A DNA stretch of 64,000 bases from Candidatus Omnitrophota bacterium (GTDB taxonomy: Bacteria > Omnitrophota > Gorgyraeia > 2-02-FULL-51-18): the NCBI GenBank assembly GCA_016206805.1, contig JACQQX010000016.1, positions 13,256 to 77,255 on the forward strand, read 5' to 3'. Of the stretch, positions 9,938 to 18,871 are shown piece after piece. The position numbers and the translations under genes are program-made. Under the pieces are notes generated by a model, which was given only the letters and a program-made list of their open reading frames with translations, ran no database searches and was not told where the DNA came from. Within the stretch, counting starts at the first letter, position 1; each line of letters starts with the position of its first letter.

Positions 9938-11469
9938 GAATCATTCTCCTTCATCTTTGAACAAACAAAACGATAAAACGCTTTGATAGATTCGCCGGCC
10001 GTTTGGCTGCCGGTTTTTATCACAAAATCAGGTTTCTGTGGCGGCTCATAAGGGCTTGCCGGCGAAAAACCGATAAGATCCGGCAATTCATTCCGCTTGG
10101 CCTTGGCATACAATCCTTTCACGTCGCGGCCCATCACGCATTCCAGATTGGCGTCAAAAAAGACCTCATAAAACGAGCCCGGTAAAAGCTCCCGGGCCGC
10201 TTGCCGCGAAACCCGGTAAGGCGAAATGATGGGGACCAGAATAACATCGAACTCCGCGCGCCTGGACGCGCAAAGTGAAGCGATGCGTTCATTGTTTTCC
10301 AGAATTTCTTCCCGGGCAAAGCCCAGATCCTTATGAAAATACTTTCTAATCTCATCTCCGTCCAGCACCAACACGGAACGGCCGCTTTTCTCTAGCAGAG
10401 CCTGGATGCCGGCGGCCACGGTTGTTTTACCCGAACCCGAAAGACCGGTAAACCAAAAAACAGGGGCGTGCCGGTAAATGCGTGAAAAATCAAAACCTTT
10501 TTCAAACTCGCGGATCAGCCTCACCATCATCTCCGCGCATCCGACCGGATCTTTTCCGATGGCCGTTTCCGCGGCCAGCACCAGTCCATCCGCGCCATCA
10601 ATCAAAGTATTGATGACGTCATTGACCTCGGCCCGCGTGGGGCCGGGAGACACCGTCATGGATTCCAGGAGATTGGTGGCCACATAAACTTTTTTCCGGG
10701 CTTTTTTGGCCTGGCGGATAATGTATTTTTGAAGCCAAGGGATCCGCTCGATAGGCTCTTCGCGCGACAAATCCCCACGGTCAATCAAAAGCGCGTCGGC
10801 CTTGGCGGAGATGTCATCCAAATGCACCAATCCATTGCGGCATTCTATCTTGGCGATCACAAAAGTATCGGGATCGCAATGCTTTCGGACTTCATCCACA
10901 TCGGAGGCGTGATTGGCAAAAGAAAGCGCCACATGACGCACGCCCATTTTCCGCCCGATCGCTAGCGCTTGAAGGTCCTTCGGCGTCATCACCGGCAGGT
11001 CAATCGGCCGCTCCACCGTCACGGCTTTATTCCGCCCGATTTTGCCGCCGTTGATCACTTTTAAAATCAGCTTGCCGCCTTCGCGCCTCACCACCTGAAC
11101 CAGCACGGCATTAAAATCAATGCTGATCCTGTCTCCCGCTCTCAACTGCGGGCCAATGCCCTCCGGATAAAAATTAAACTGACGGGCATCTCCCGGCACC
11201 GGTTCTTCGGGAATAGTCACGAGACTGTCTTTTTCTAATACCACTTCCGCCGCGGCAAAATTTCCAGTACGGATCTGGGCGCCTTCGGTGTCCAGACAAA
11301 TAGGCTTGGAGGTATGGCTTCGGATCTGCCGGATCACTTTTTCAACATCCTCGGCTTTAGTATGCGATAAATTGATGCGAAAGAGCCCGACGCCCAACTC
11401 ATCCAAACGCCGGATGACCTCCGGACCCATCGAAGAAGGGCCTAGCGTGCAAAGAATTTCTTTATTCAT
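9931..11469 (-). CDS. Fusion of a divergent pyruvate-kinase A/B barrel (no regulatory C domain) and an adenylyl-sulfate-kinase (CysC)-like domain
   Basis: ATG at 11469 overlaps the flippase TGA. PK motifs ILCTLGPSS, RINLSH, DTEGAQIRTG, IAKIE, DRGDL, PTRAEVNDV, DGADG..ETAIG are followed in frame (~10465 downwards) by FWFTGLSGSGKTT, LDGDEIR, ISPY, RDVKGLY, PYEPP. Confidence 0.9.
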   Translation of the reverse strand: MNKEILCTLGPSSMGPEVIRRLDELGVGLFRINLSHTKAEDVEKVIRQIRSHTSKPICLDTEGAQIRTGNFAAAEVVLEKDSLVTIPEEPVPGDARQFNFYPEGIGPQLRAGDRISIDFNAVLVQVVRREGGKLILKVINGGKIGRNKAVTVERPIDLPVMTPKDLQALAIGRKMGVRHVALSFANHASDVDEVRKHCDPDTFVIAKIECRNGLVHLDDISAKADALLIDRGDLSREEPIERIPWLQKYIIRQAKKARKKVYVATNLLESMTVSPGPTRAEVNDVINTLIDGADGLVLAAETAIGKDPVGCAEMMVRLIREFEKGFDFSRIYRHAPVFWFTGLSGSGKTTVAAGIQALLEKSGRSVLVLDGDEIRKYFHKDLGFAREEILENNERIASLCASRRAEFDVILVPIISPYRVSRQAARELLPGSFYEVFFDANLECVMGRDVKGLYAKAKRNELPDLIGFSPASPYEPPQKPDFVIKTGSQTAGESIKAFYRFVCSKMKENDSC

Positions 11470-12959
11470 ACGATTTCCTTTCGTGCTCCCCAAAAACGTC
11501 TGCGCACCGCTCCAAAAAAATCTGTCTGCCGGTTTAATCTCCAAAGAAAAGGAGCATAAATGGCCGCGAAAATCAGCCATTGCAAAAGCGACTGCCCAAA
11601 TGACCGCTCCGCATCCGGAAAAAACGCTTTAACAATAAAGAGACAAGCCGTCATGAATAAAAACTTTCCGAGCTTGATGCCGTAATCCCGGAGACATTCT
11701 CCCAACGGAGTGATCACGCGGCAAGCGATGAAATAAGTCGCCGTGAAACGGACAAAAACCACAAAAGTCGTGGCCATGCCCACTCCAACCAGGCCCCAGC
11801 CATTCTGAAGAACCAAAAAATTGGATACAAAAGCCAGAAAGCAGACTCCGGCCATGATGGGCACCAAAATCATTTGTTTGCGCATCACCGTGATGAAATA
11901 ACTATACGGATGCGCCAAGGCCAGAAAATAGGCGCTAACGATCAAAAACCGCATCGGCTCAATGCTTCCCATGTAATCCGGCAGCACGATGCGCGCGAAA
12001 TAAGGCACCAAAAACCAACCCCCGGCGATCAAAAGCGGCATGATGGCGCTGAAAGCATCCGATGATTTGGATAGATAGCCTTTTAAATCCCGCAGATTTT
12101 CTGTTTCACCAAAGCGCTGATGAAAATTGGGGATCAAGACAACGCCGATTGAATTGGGAACCGTGCCCAGATAAGTGTAAGTCAAAATGGCGACGCTATA
12201 AATACCCAGCGCCTCCAAACCCAGCATTTTGGCGATCATGAGTTTATCAATGGTCAAAAAAAGAGCGCCCGTCAACCCTACCAGCAGCAACGGAGAACCG
12301 TAACGGATGAGTGAAATAATTTTTTCACGTTCCAAGCGCCACGCAAAAACAAAGCGGTGATGCGCGAGAATATAGACGATATTGAATAGAAAGCTGAAAC
12401 ACATGGCCCACATAAACCCATAAATTTGAAAACGATAAGACAAGACTGCCACCAACACCGCGTTGATGATAGAGGAGTAAATCATCTGCCGGGACGCCAA
12501 ACCAAAAAGCTTGTATCCCCTCAGAAAAGAAATATATAAATTATTCAACCGCTGCAGGATGACCAATGCCGACATAAAAATCAAACCATAGAAAACGACT
12601 TCCGATAAATGCGCGCGGCTCCAGAAAGCATAAACCAGAAGAGCCGCCGCCGAAATAACCGCCGTCAGGGCTGAGAAACTAAAAATCGTATCCGCGGTTT
12701 CCGTGATTTTGTCATCGTCTCCCTTCCCCTGATAATAGGGAATTTCCCGGGAAATCGCCTCCGCCACTCCAAAGGTGGTGTACGCCGAATAAACCAGGAT
12801 GATTTGCAGAAGCGACCATAAACCCATCTGGGTTGGCCCCAAAAAACGCCGGCTTAAAATTGCCGCAACCAGCGTAACCAGCTGAGTGATGATAGAAGCG
12901 GCTGAGTATAGCCCGGCGTCCAGAATAACTTTTTCTCTTTCGACCTGACGGGCATTCAT
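11466..12959 (-). CDS. Wzx/MOP-family oligosaccharide flippase
   Basis: 497 aa with ~12-14 hydrophobic segments; RRFLGPTQMG and IDKLMIAKMLGLEALGIYSVA patterns. Confidence 0.85.
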   Translation of the reverse strand: MNARQVEREKVILDAGLYSAASIITQLVTLVAAILSRRFLGPTQMGLWSLLQIILVYSAYTTFGVAEAISREIPYYQGKGDDDKITETADTIFSFSALTAVISAAALLVYAFWSRAHLSEVVFYGLIFMSALVILQRLNNLYISFLRGYKLFGLASRQMIYSSIINAVLVAVLSYRFQIYGFMWAMCFSFLFNIVYILAHHRFVFAWRLEREKIISLIRYGSPLLLVGLTGALFLTIDKLMIAKMLGLEALGIYSVAILTYTYLGTVPNSIGVVLIPNFHQRFGETENLRDLKGYLSKSSDAFSAIMPLLIAGGWFLVPYFARIVLPDYMGSIEPMRFLIVSAYFLALAHPYSYFITVMRKQMILVPIMAGVCFLAFVSNFLVLQNGWGLVGVGMATTFVVFVRFTATYFIACRVITPLGECLRDYGIKLGKFLFMTACLFIVKAFFPDAERSFGQSLLQWLIFAAIYAPFLWRLNRQTDFFGAVRRRFWGARKEIV

Positions 12960-14818
12960 ACGGAGACCTCGAAAGCTTTTTCAACAAATCGCACCGCGCG
13001 GTCGGAGGCCTTTCCATCGTTAAGGCCCAAATAATATCCGGGATTTCTGCGGGAAAAGCGGCTTTGATACTGATCTCTACCCTCACGCGCGAGCCATGTT
13101 AATTCTGACCGTAAGCTTTCGGCGCTGGAAACAACTTTACAATAACCATCCTGAGCATAACGGTTGAGAATATCGCTTTGAAAAGGTGGCAGCGCGACAA
13201 AAAAAGTCGGCACCTTGCCAATCGCCGATTCAATCATAGCGGTAGACCAGTAAGCCACCAGCATCGCGTCCGACTCCAAAAGGATTTTAAAAAAATCATC
13301 GGAGTGCTTGGCTAGCGTCACATGTTTTCCCGGAGATTCTTTTTCAAGAAAACTTTTCCATAGCGGAATGGATTCATAGCTATGCGGTTTGATGATTAAA
13401 TCTACCGGTAAACCCTCGATGGCTTGAAAAATCGCCCGAATCACCGGGATTTGTATTCCCCCAAAACAGATGTTGTGGTTTCCCAGATAACCCTGCTGGT
13501 CCGGCGAATGGAGCCATAATCCTGTCGCGCAAAATAAAAGCTGAAGTCTTTCATTTTTTGGAGGGGGGTTGCCGCTTTTTTCTTCCAGCATCCGGATCAA
13601 ACGGTCGTACCGGGGCGTTCCCGTAACCTGGATGCCCTCGGGATTCCATCCTCTGGCGGCGTACATATCTTTTTCAAAATCCGAATGGACTAGTGTCGTG
13701 GAATGATTGAACGTCATACCTTCCGCAGGAACCGCAAAGCTCACCGCCAGGTTCGCGTGGGAAACACAAAAAATAGGCACGCCTTTTTTTCTCATGAAAG
13801 CTGCCAGAAAAGACCCCCGAAGCGCGTAATCCTCATCCAGCACCACCGCTCCTATGAAAAAATCCTTCAATAGCCTTTCATAGAACATTTGCTCACCTTC
13901 CAGACGACCCCAATAGGTCCTTGTTGTTGGCAGGATTTCATCCCTCACAAAATCTGAAAAATCATACCCCTGATACACAAAAAGACTTTCTGCGCGCGCC
14001 GCCTCAAAAGCGGCCGCCAGCTGATTTTCAACTGTCTTTGAAAAATTTCCTGAGGATGGCAAAAGATAAGGCATGCCTTTTCGCGCTGCGAATAAAAACT
14101 GTTCCCGGTGAAATGCAAAATCATAAATCGCCGCGGGCACCCTCCGGGACTTGAGTCCTTCCAATACGGGAGCCAAATGCCTCAACGAGCCATGCACCAG
14201 AACCAATGGACGTCTGCCTGGCTTCATGCAAAACCTACAAAAGACTTCCATCGCTTTTTTGACCCATTTGGCGATACGGGACTTGAATGACTTGTCCTGA
14301 AAAGGCATAACATGCTCCCCTGCCCCCTCCTCTTCAGCGATAATCTCCTGAAAAGGGATACCCGCAGAAACACACCGCGCTTTAAGAAAAGTGTTCAAAT
14401 GCGCGTTCCCTGAGAAAAAAGGATAATCCCTTTTAGCGCTGGAAATAAAAATAAGAACTTCCTCCGGCCGCTCCTTTTCCACGATTCTTTGGGCATAATA
14501 ATAATTTTTAACAGCAGGGATGAGTGTGTAAGAGAAAAAAAGCCGGATAACGGAGATCAAATTCACATCGGGGAAAATACGTCTTTCCTGGGACAAACGT
14601 ACCCATCGTCCTGTAACCAAACATCCCCAAGTGTTGATGTCGGCCCAAAGATCTTTCAAACTAAATTCATCCAAAACCTCAAAAGCAATGCCCTTGGCCT
14701 TAAAAAAACCATAAAACCGCTCATTGTCGCAATAAATTTTCCAGGCATCTAAACGGCCTAAGGTGGCTTGCTCAAATTTTCGGTACTGGGACTGGTTGGA
14801 TAAGACAACGGCTTTCAT
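12956..14818 (-). CDS. Putative GT-B transferase for a CMP/CDP-activated donor (nonulosonate- or polyol-phosphate-transferase-like)
   Basis: C-terminal VTGTPRYD, IIKPH, STAMIESAIGKVP and DGKASDR motifs, typical of capsule-synthesis/CDP-glycerol-transferase-like folds; located between the activation genes and the flippase. Confidence 0.55.
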   Translation of the reverse strand: MKAVVLSNQSQYRKFEQATLGRLDAWKIYCDNERFYGFFKAKGIAFEVLDEFSLKDLWADINTWGCLVTGRWVRLSQERRIFPDVNLISVIRLFFSYTLIPAVKNYYYAQRIVEKERPEEVLIFISSAKRDYPFFSGNAHLNTFLKARCVSAGIPFQEIIAEEEGAGEHVMPFQDKSFKSRIAKWVKKAMEVFCRFCMKPGRRPLVLVHGSLRHLAPVLEGLKSRRVPAAIYDFAFHREQFLFAARKGMPYLLPSSGNFSKTVENQLAAAFEAARAESLFVYQGYDFSDFVRDEILPTTRTYWGRLEGEQMFYERLLKDFFIGAVVLDEDYALRGSFLAAFMRKKGVPIFCVSHANLAVSFAVPAEGMTFNHSTTLVHSDFEKDMYAARGWNPEGIQVTGTPRYDRLIRMLEEKSGNPPPKNERLQLLFCATGLWLHSPDQQGYLGNHNICFGGIQIPVIRAIFQAIEGLPVDLIIKPHSYESIPLWKSFLEKESPGKHVTLAKHSDDFFKILLESDAMLVAYWSTAMIESAIGKVPTFFVALPPFQSDILNRYAQDGYCKVVSSAESLRSELTWLAREGRDQYQSRFSRRNPGYYLGLNDGKASDRAVRFVEKAFEVSV

Positions 14819-15462
14819 GAAAGCTCGAGGTAACGGGCGAGGGCTTCATAATCGGGCAGAAGCTTGGCCTGGGGAATCGAGAGACCCTTTCCCGGAGAAA
14901 GGGCCACAAAATCCACTCCCGCTAGATGGGCACCTTCCCAGTCAGCCATGGAGTCCCCAATCATCAGCACACGACCGGCAGAATAACCATTTTCCCTTAA
15001 AATACGCGAGATGATTTCATGTTTTTTCGCCGGCACTCCATAAACGGAATGAAAATATTTATCCATGCCTCTTTTGGAAATAATGCGTCGTAGCTCCCCT
15101 TCCGGCGTGCCCGAAGCCACATGAAGCGGTAAAAGCTGGTGATGGCCGGCTAAAAAAGCATCGGCGCCCGCCATCCACGGCGCACGAGCCACCTCATCCT
15201 CGACGAGCCTTGAAAAACGGCTACCCATCGCGGACTCTTCCGAAGGCGTTAGCTCTTTATTCAAAAAAACTTTATGGCAGTGCTGAAATTTCAAAAAACG
15301 TGATACGCCAAAATTTTGCAAATGATACTCAACGGCTTTTTGGGTGATGTCCCGCCCATAAGGCGCGTAAAGCTCTTCAAAAGCCTTCACTTTGATAGCC
15401 TCGGAGTCCACTAATACGCCGTCAAAATCAAAAATCAGCGCGTCATACTTCAAAGCGGTCAT
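14815..15462 (-). CDS. HAD-superfamily phosphatase
   Basis: IFDFDGVLVDS motif I, VASGT motif II, MIGDSMAD motif IV; ATGA overlap at 15462. Confidence 0.9.
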   Translation of the reverse strand: MTALKYDALIFDFDGVLVDSEAIKVKAFEELYAPYGRDITQKAVEYHLQNFGVSRFLKFQHCHKVFLNKELTPSEESAMGSRFSRLVEDEVARAPWMAGADAFLAGHHQLLPLHVASGTPEGELRRIISKRGMDKYFHSVYGVPAKKHEIISRILRENGYSAGRVLMIGDSMADWEGAHLAGVDFVALSPGKGLSIPQAKLLPDYEALARYLELS

Positions 15463-16478
15463 GCGGTTTTGAGCCATTTTTCATTCACACAATGAAAAGG
15501 TTTTTTGCCTTCCAAAACACGCTTGGCTTCCAGCGCCGCCTTGGAACGCAGCTCGGCGTCCGCTTCCACAGAAACAAATGCCGCGTGCGGCGTAATCACC
15601 AAGCGATGCGCTATCCACGCCTCACGCTTGCGCCATGCTTTAATCAACGGGTGTTTGTTATCGGCTGGTTCTATTGGCAGAACGTCCAGTCCCGCACCGC
15701 GTAAACACCCGGACTTGAGTGCCGCATGCAGCGCATCCAAATCCATCAGCGCACCGCGCGAAGTATTGATAAAAAGAGCGTCTTTTTTCATCTTAAAAAA
15801 AAAGGAAGCGTCTGCCATCCCCTTGGTTTCAGGAGTCAGCGGCACATGCATCGACACGGCATCCGCGGCAGACAATAACTCATCCAGTGATCGGCAGCGT
15901 TTGATCCCCAACGCTTTTTCCTGTCCGGGGCCGATATAAGGATCATAAAAAAGAACCTGCATGCCAAAAGCCTTGGCCCTCATTGCCACAGCCGTCCCGA
16001 TGGGCCCCAAACCAATAATCCCCAGTACTGAACCAGTAATCCGGTGCAATGTGCCAGCCGAATGCCAATTCCAATGGCTATTGGAAGCGCGAACATTTTC
16101 ACTGAACGCGTAAATCCCCCGCGCCAATGTCAGAAAAAGCGCCAGTGCGTGATCGGCCACGTCTTCGGTTCCATAATCCGGCACATTGCACACCCGGATA
16201 CCGCGCTTGCCGGCGGCGGCCAGATCAACACTATCGACACCGACACCCATCCGGACGATCACGCGGCAACGGTCCAGCTTTTCAATAACATCCGCCCTCA
16301 TGGGCATCCAATGCCACACCAGGATCGCATCCGCGCTTTTCCAAACCTTGTCTGAAATTTCCTCTGGCCGATGCGCGCAGGGCGTCATAATCCGGGCCTT
16401 TTTCCCAAAAATCCCCTGCTCGAGGCGGGCCGGCGCCTTTAAAAGATCAGGAATGAGAATGAACGGGTGTTTTGTCAT
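15459..16478 (-). CDS. D-isomer-specific 2-hydroxyacid dehydrogenase (CtBP/PGDH-like)
   Basis: GVGVDSVD, NVPDYG, GLGPIG, HVPLT, INTSRG, LDVLPIEP, ITPHAAF (R/E/H catalytic triad). Confidence 0.92.
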   Translation of the reverse strand: MTKHPFILIPDLLKAPARLEQGIFGKKARIMTPCAHRPEEISDKVWKSADAILVWHWMPMRADVIEKLDRCRVIVRMGVGVDSVDLAAAGKRGIRVCNVPDYGTEDVADHALALFLTLARGIYAFSENVRASNSHWNWHSAGTLHRITGSVLGIIGLGPIGTAVAMRAKAFGMQVLFYDPYIGPGQEKALGIKRCRSLDELLSAADAVSMHVPLTPETKGMADASFFFKMKKDALFINTSRGALMDLDALHAALKSGCLRGAGLDVLPIEPADNKHPLIKAWRKREAWIAHRLVITPHAAFVSVEADAELRSKAALEAKRVLEGKKPFHCVNEKWLKTA

Positions 16479-17208
16479 AAGGCGTCTGTGTTTCGGTAAA
16501 ACCATTTTTTCTAAGCCAAAACTCCACTTGCGGCATCTGCCATTCATAATCCACATCTAAACCACCCCATTGCTCCAGCGGATGCACTTTGCGGCCAATC
16601 CACGGAAAAGGCGGCACACCATAATCAAAATCAAAACATTTCGGGCGCACTACGAAAGCGGAGCAGTCCGGGAAAAAAGTATCCCCCTGCGAATCGCGAT
16701 CGCAGGTTGCTGAGCTAAAGGACTCATGGGAAATAAAAGGCTGGAGCCTTCCATTCACGATTTGATGGGCACGCAGCGGGCTCCACATGTTGTAGCGGCT
16801 TACGGTCACGGCCGAGTCCAGATCCGGATTGGCGCGAAGCGCCTCTATTCCCTTATCGATAATCCCCGGCGTCACCGTCGCGCCATTGCAAAACAAAAGA
16901 ACCATCATCTCCACTTTTTCAGGCTTGTTGCGGTCAATAATGATGTCATAACCGTTCTTAAACGCGTCTTGAGAAAGCGCTTTGTTGGTGGCCAAATTCG
17001 GATCGCGCATGATGATCTCCGCGCCGTATTCCTTGCCGATGGCCGCAATCTCAGGCGAATCCGTCGATACATACACTTTGTCCACGAGCTTTGAATGTTT
17101 GGCGGCCTGGATGCAATACGACGAAAGCGGCCTGCCGACGATTTTGGTCAGGTTTTTATTTTTGAAACCGGTGCTCCCGGCCCTTCCGATAGTGAGCGCT
17201 GCTATCAT
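16447..17208 (-). CDS. Cytidylyltransferase (NeuA/KdsB-like), second divergent copy
   Basis: IGRAGSTGFKNKN...GRPL, VYVSTDS, LDVDYEWQ; lacks the usual QPTSP motif (has FCNGAT). Confidence 0.85.
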   Translation of the reverse strand: MIAALTIGRAGSTGFKNKNLTKIVGRPLSSYCIQAAKHSKLVDKVYVSTDSPEIAAIGKEYGAEIIMRDPNLATNKALSQDAFKNGYDIIIDRNKPEKVEMMVLLFCNGATVTPGIIDKGIEALRANPDLDSAVTVSRYNMWSPLRAHQIVNGRLQPFISHESFSSATCDRDSQGDTFFPDCSAFVVRPKCFDFDYGVPPFPWIGRKVHPLEQWGGLDVDYEWQMPQVEFWLRKNGFTETQTPYDKTPVHSHS

Positions 17209-17843
17209 TTTTTTATCCTTTCTCGTTGAATGGAGCTGGAAAGCTCTCCAAGGCCTTCGATCGTCATGCGGACTTCATCTCCGGGTTTCACCAACGACTG
17301 ACGAGCGCCGGCCGGAGTTCCGGTAAGGACCAAGTCCCCCGGTTCGAGCGTAAAAAATCGAGTGATCAGGCTCAACGCCTGACTATCATTGAGAATACGG
17401 TTGGCCGTCGTGCTTTTTTGAGTGATGCGCTCATTGATGCGGGTCGATAGCGCGAGGTCTCGCGTGTCCAAATCCGTCGCTAAAAAGGGTCCGACCGGGC
17501 AAAATGTCTCAAGCCCTTTGGAGCGCGCCAAATGCCAGTCGCGGCCATGAATATTTTCAGCTGTCACGTCATTGGCAATCGTGTAGCCTAAAATATAATC
17601 CCGCGCGCGCGAAACCGGCACATGTCGGGCTCTTTTTTTAATCACGAATGCCAGCTCCACCTCCACCCAAACGGTGTCGATGCCCTGCGGAATACGAATC
17701 GGCTGACCCGACAGGATCACTCCGCGCGGAGATTTGAAAAAAATAAGCGGTTCATCAAATTTCTTTTTAGGACCGACCAGGTCTTTGTAATTATAGGCCA
17801 GCGCGATAACGTTCTTGGGTTGACGGAGTTTTAAGCGTTTCAT
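17205..17843 (-). CDS. Fumarylacetoacetate-hydrolase (FAH) family protein
   Basis: ALAYNY, PLIFFK, EVELA, GYTIANDVT, KGLETFCPVGP, LEPGDLVLTGTPAG. Confidence 0.92.
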   Translation of the reverse strand: MKRLKLRQPKNVIALAYNYKDLVGPKKKFDEPLIFFKSPRGVILSGQPIRIPQGIDTVWVEVELAFVIKKRARHVPVSRARDYILGYTIANDVTAENIHGRDWHLARSKGLETFCPVGPFLATDLDTRDLALSTRINERITQKSTTANRILNDSQALSLITRFFTLEPGDLVLTGTPAGARQSLVKPGDEVRMTIEGLGELSSSIQRERIKK

Positions 17844-18871
17844 AGGAATGCGATCAAATCCGCCACGCGACGGCTATAGCCCCATTCGTTGTCATACCAT
17901 AGAACTAGCTTTACATTATTTTTTGAATTGGCACGGGTCCAGCGCCCATCCACCACCAGCGATTGGTCTATTCCCAGAAAATCCACCGAAACCAGACTTT
18001 CTTCCTGGTAACCGATAATGCGACGATTCGTGCGCGCATGCCGCTTAAAAAGCTCGTTGATGCGTTTAGCGGTGACCGGCTTGGCCAGCGTCAGCGTCAG
18101 GTCAGAAGCCGAAACAGCGCCTGTCGGCACGCGGAAGGAAATGACATTTAATTTCTCATTTAAATTGGGGAGCACGCGTCCCAAAGCCTGTCCAACGGTG
18201 GTCTCTTTGGGAATTAAGCTATAGCTGCTGGCCCGTCCAAGCGCGAAGTCTTGCCAAAAATGCCCTGGGCTCGAAACAGAACGAACAGAGCCATCCAACA
18301 GATTTTGATAAGAAAGCCAGGGATGAAGCGTTGTGATATACCCGTGGTCAATGCCATAGGCCTCATCCAGGATTTTTAGGACAGGTGCCGCCGCATTCAC
18401 ATCACAAATGCTGGCGCTGACCACGTGGTGCTTGGCCGAGTTATACTGTTTTTCGTTCACACCAAAGATAAGCGTAAAATCCACGCCGTTTTTTGGAGAA
18501 TGCGTGATGATCACTTTACGCGCCGCCTGGTCTTTCAGAAGTTTGCGGCCGGAAAGCACATTTTGATAAACGCCGCTGGCATCCACAACAACATCGACGC
18601 CATATTTTTTCCAAGGCACTCTCGCGATATCCTGCTCAGAATGAAATGAAACCTTTTGACCATCCACCGTCATGGCCATATTGCCATTGGCCGCGGCTAC
18701 TTTTCCTTTAAAGCGGCCATGGATGGAGTCGTATTTTAAAAGATAGGCGTGGTTTTCCACATTGGGGTCCAGGTCATTGACCGCGACGATGCGGAAACTT
18801 TTTTCTTTTTGATTGATCCTGAAAAGGACCCGGCCGATGCGGCCAAATCCATTGAGTCCTACGCGTATCAT
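17840..18871 (-). CDS. Divergent type I glyceraldehyde-3-phosphate/erythrose-4-phosphate dehydrogenase-like protein
   Basis: VGLNGFGRIGR, YDSIHG, TTLH, FRVPT, WYDNEWGY; active site SASICDVN instead of NASCTTN; GGAGAG RBS and ATGA overlap. Confidence 0.88.
   Translation of the reverse strand: MIRVGLNGFGRIGRVLFRINQKEKSFRIVAVNDLDPNVENHAYLLKYDSIHGRFKGKVAAANGNMAMTVDGQKVSFHSEQDIARVPWKKYGVDVVVDASGVYQNVLSGRKLLKDQAARKVIITHSPKNGVDFTLIFGVNEKQYNSAKHHVVSASICDVNAAAPVLKILDEAYGIDHGYITTLHPWLSYQNLLDGSVRSVSSPGHFWQDFALGRASSYSLIPKETTVGQALGRVLPNLNEKLNVISFRVPTGAVSASDLTLTLAKPVTAKRINELFKRHARTNRRIIGYQEESLVSVDFLGIDQSLVVDGRWTRANSKNNVKLVLWYDNEWGYSRRVADLIAFL

Noticed and set aside
11470-11580. 37-aa N-terminal extension of the PK-CysC ORF, and similar extensions on other ORF-track calls
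   Set aside because: They overlap the upstream gene; the downstream ATG/GTG gives a canonical stop-start overlap and the family N-terminus
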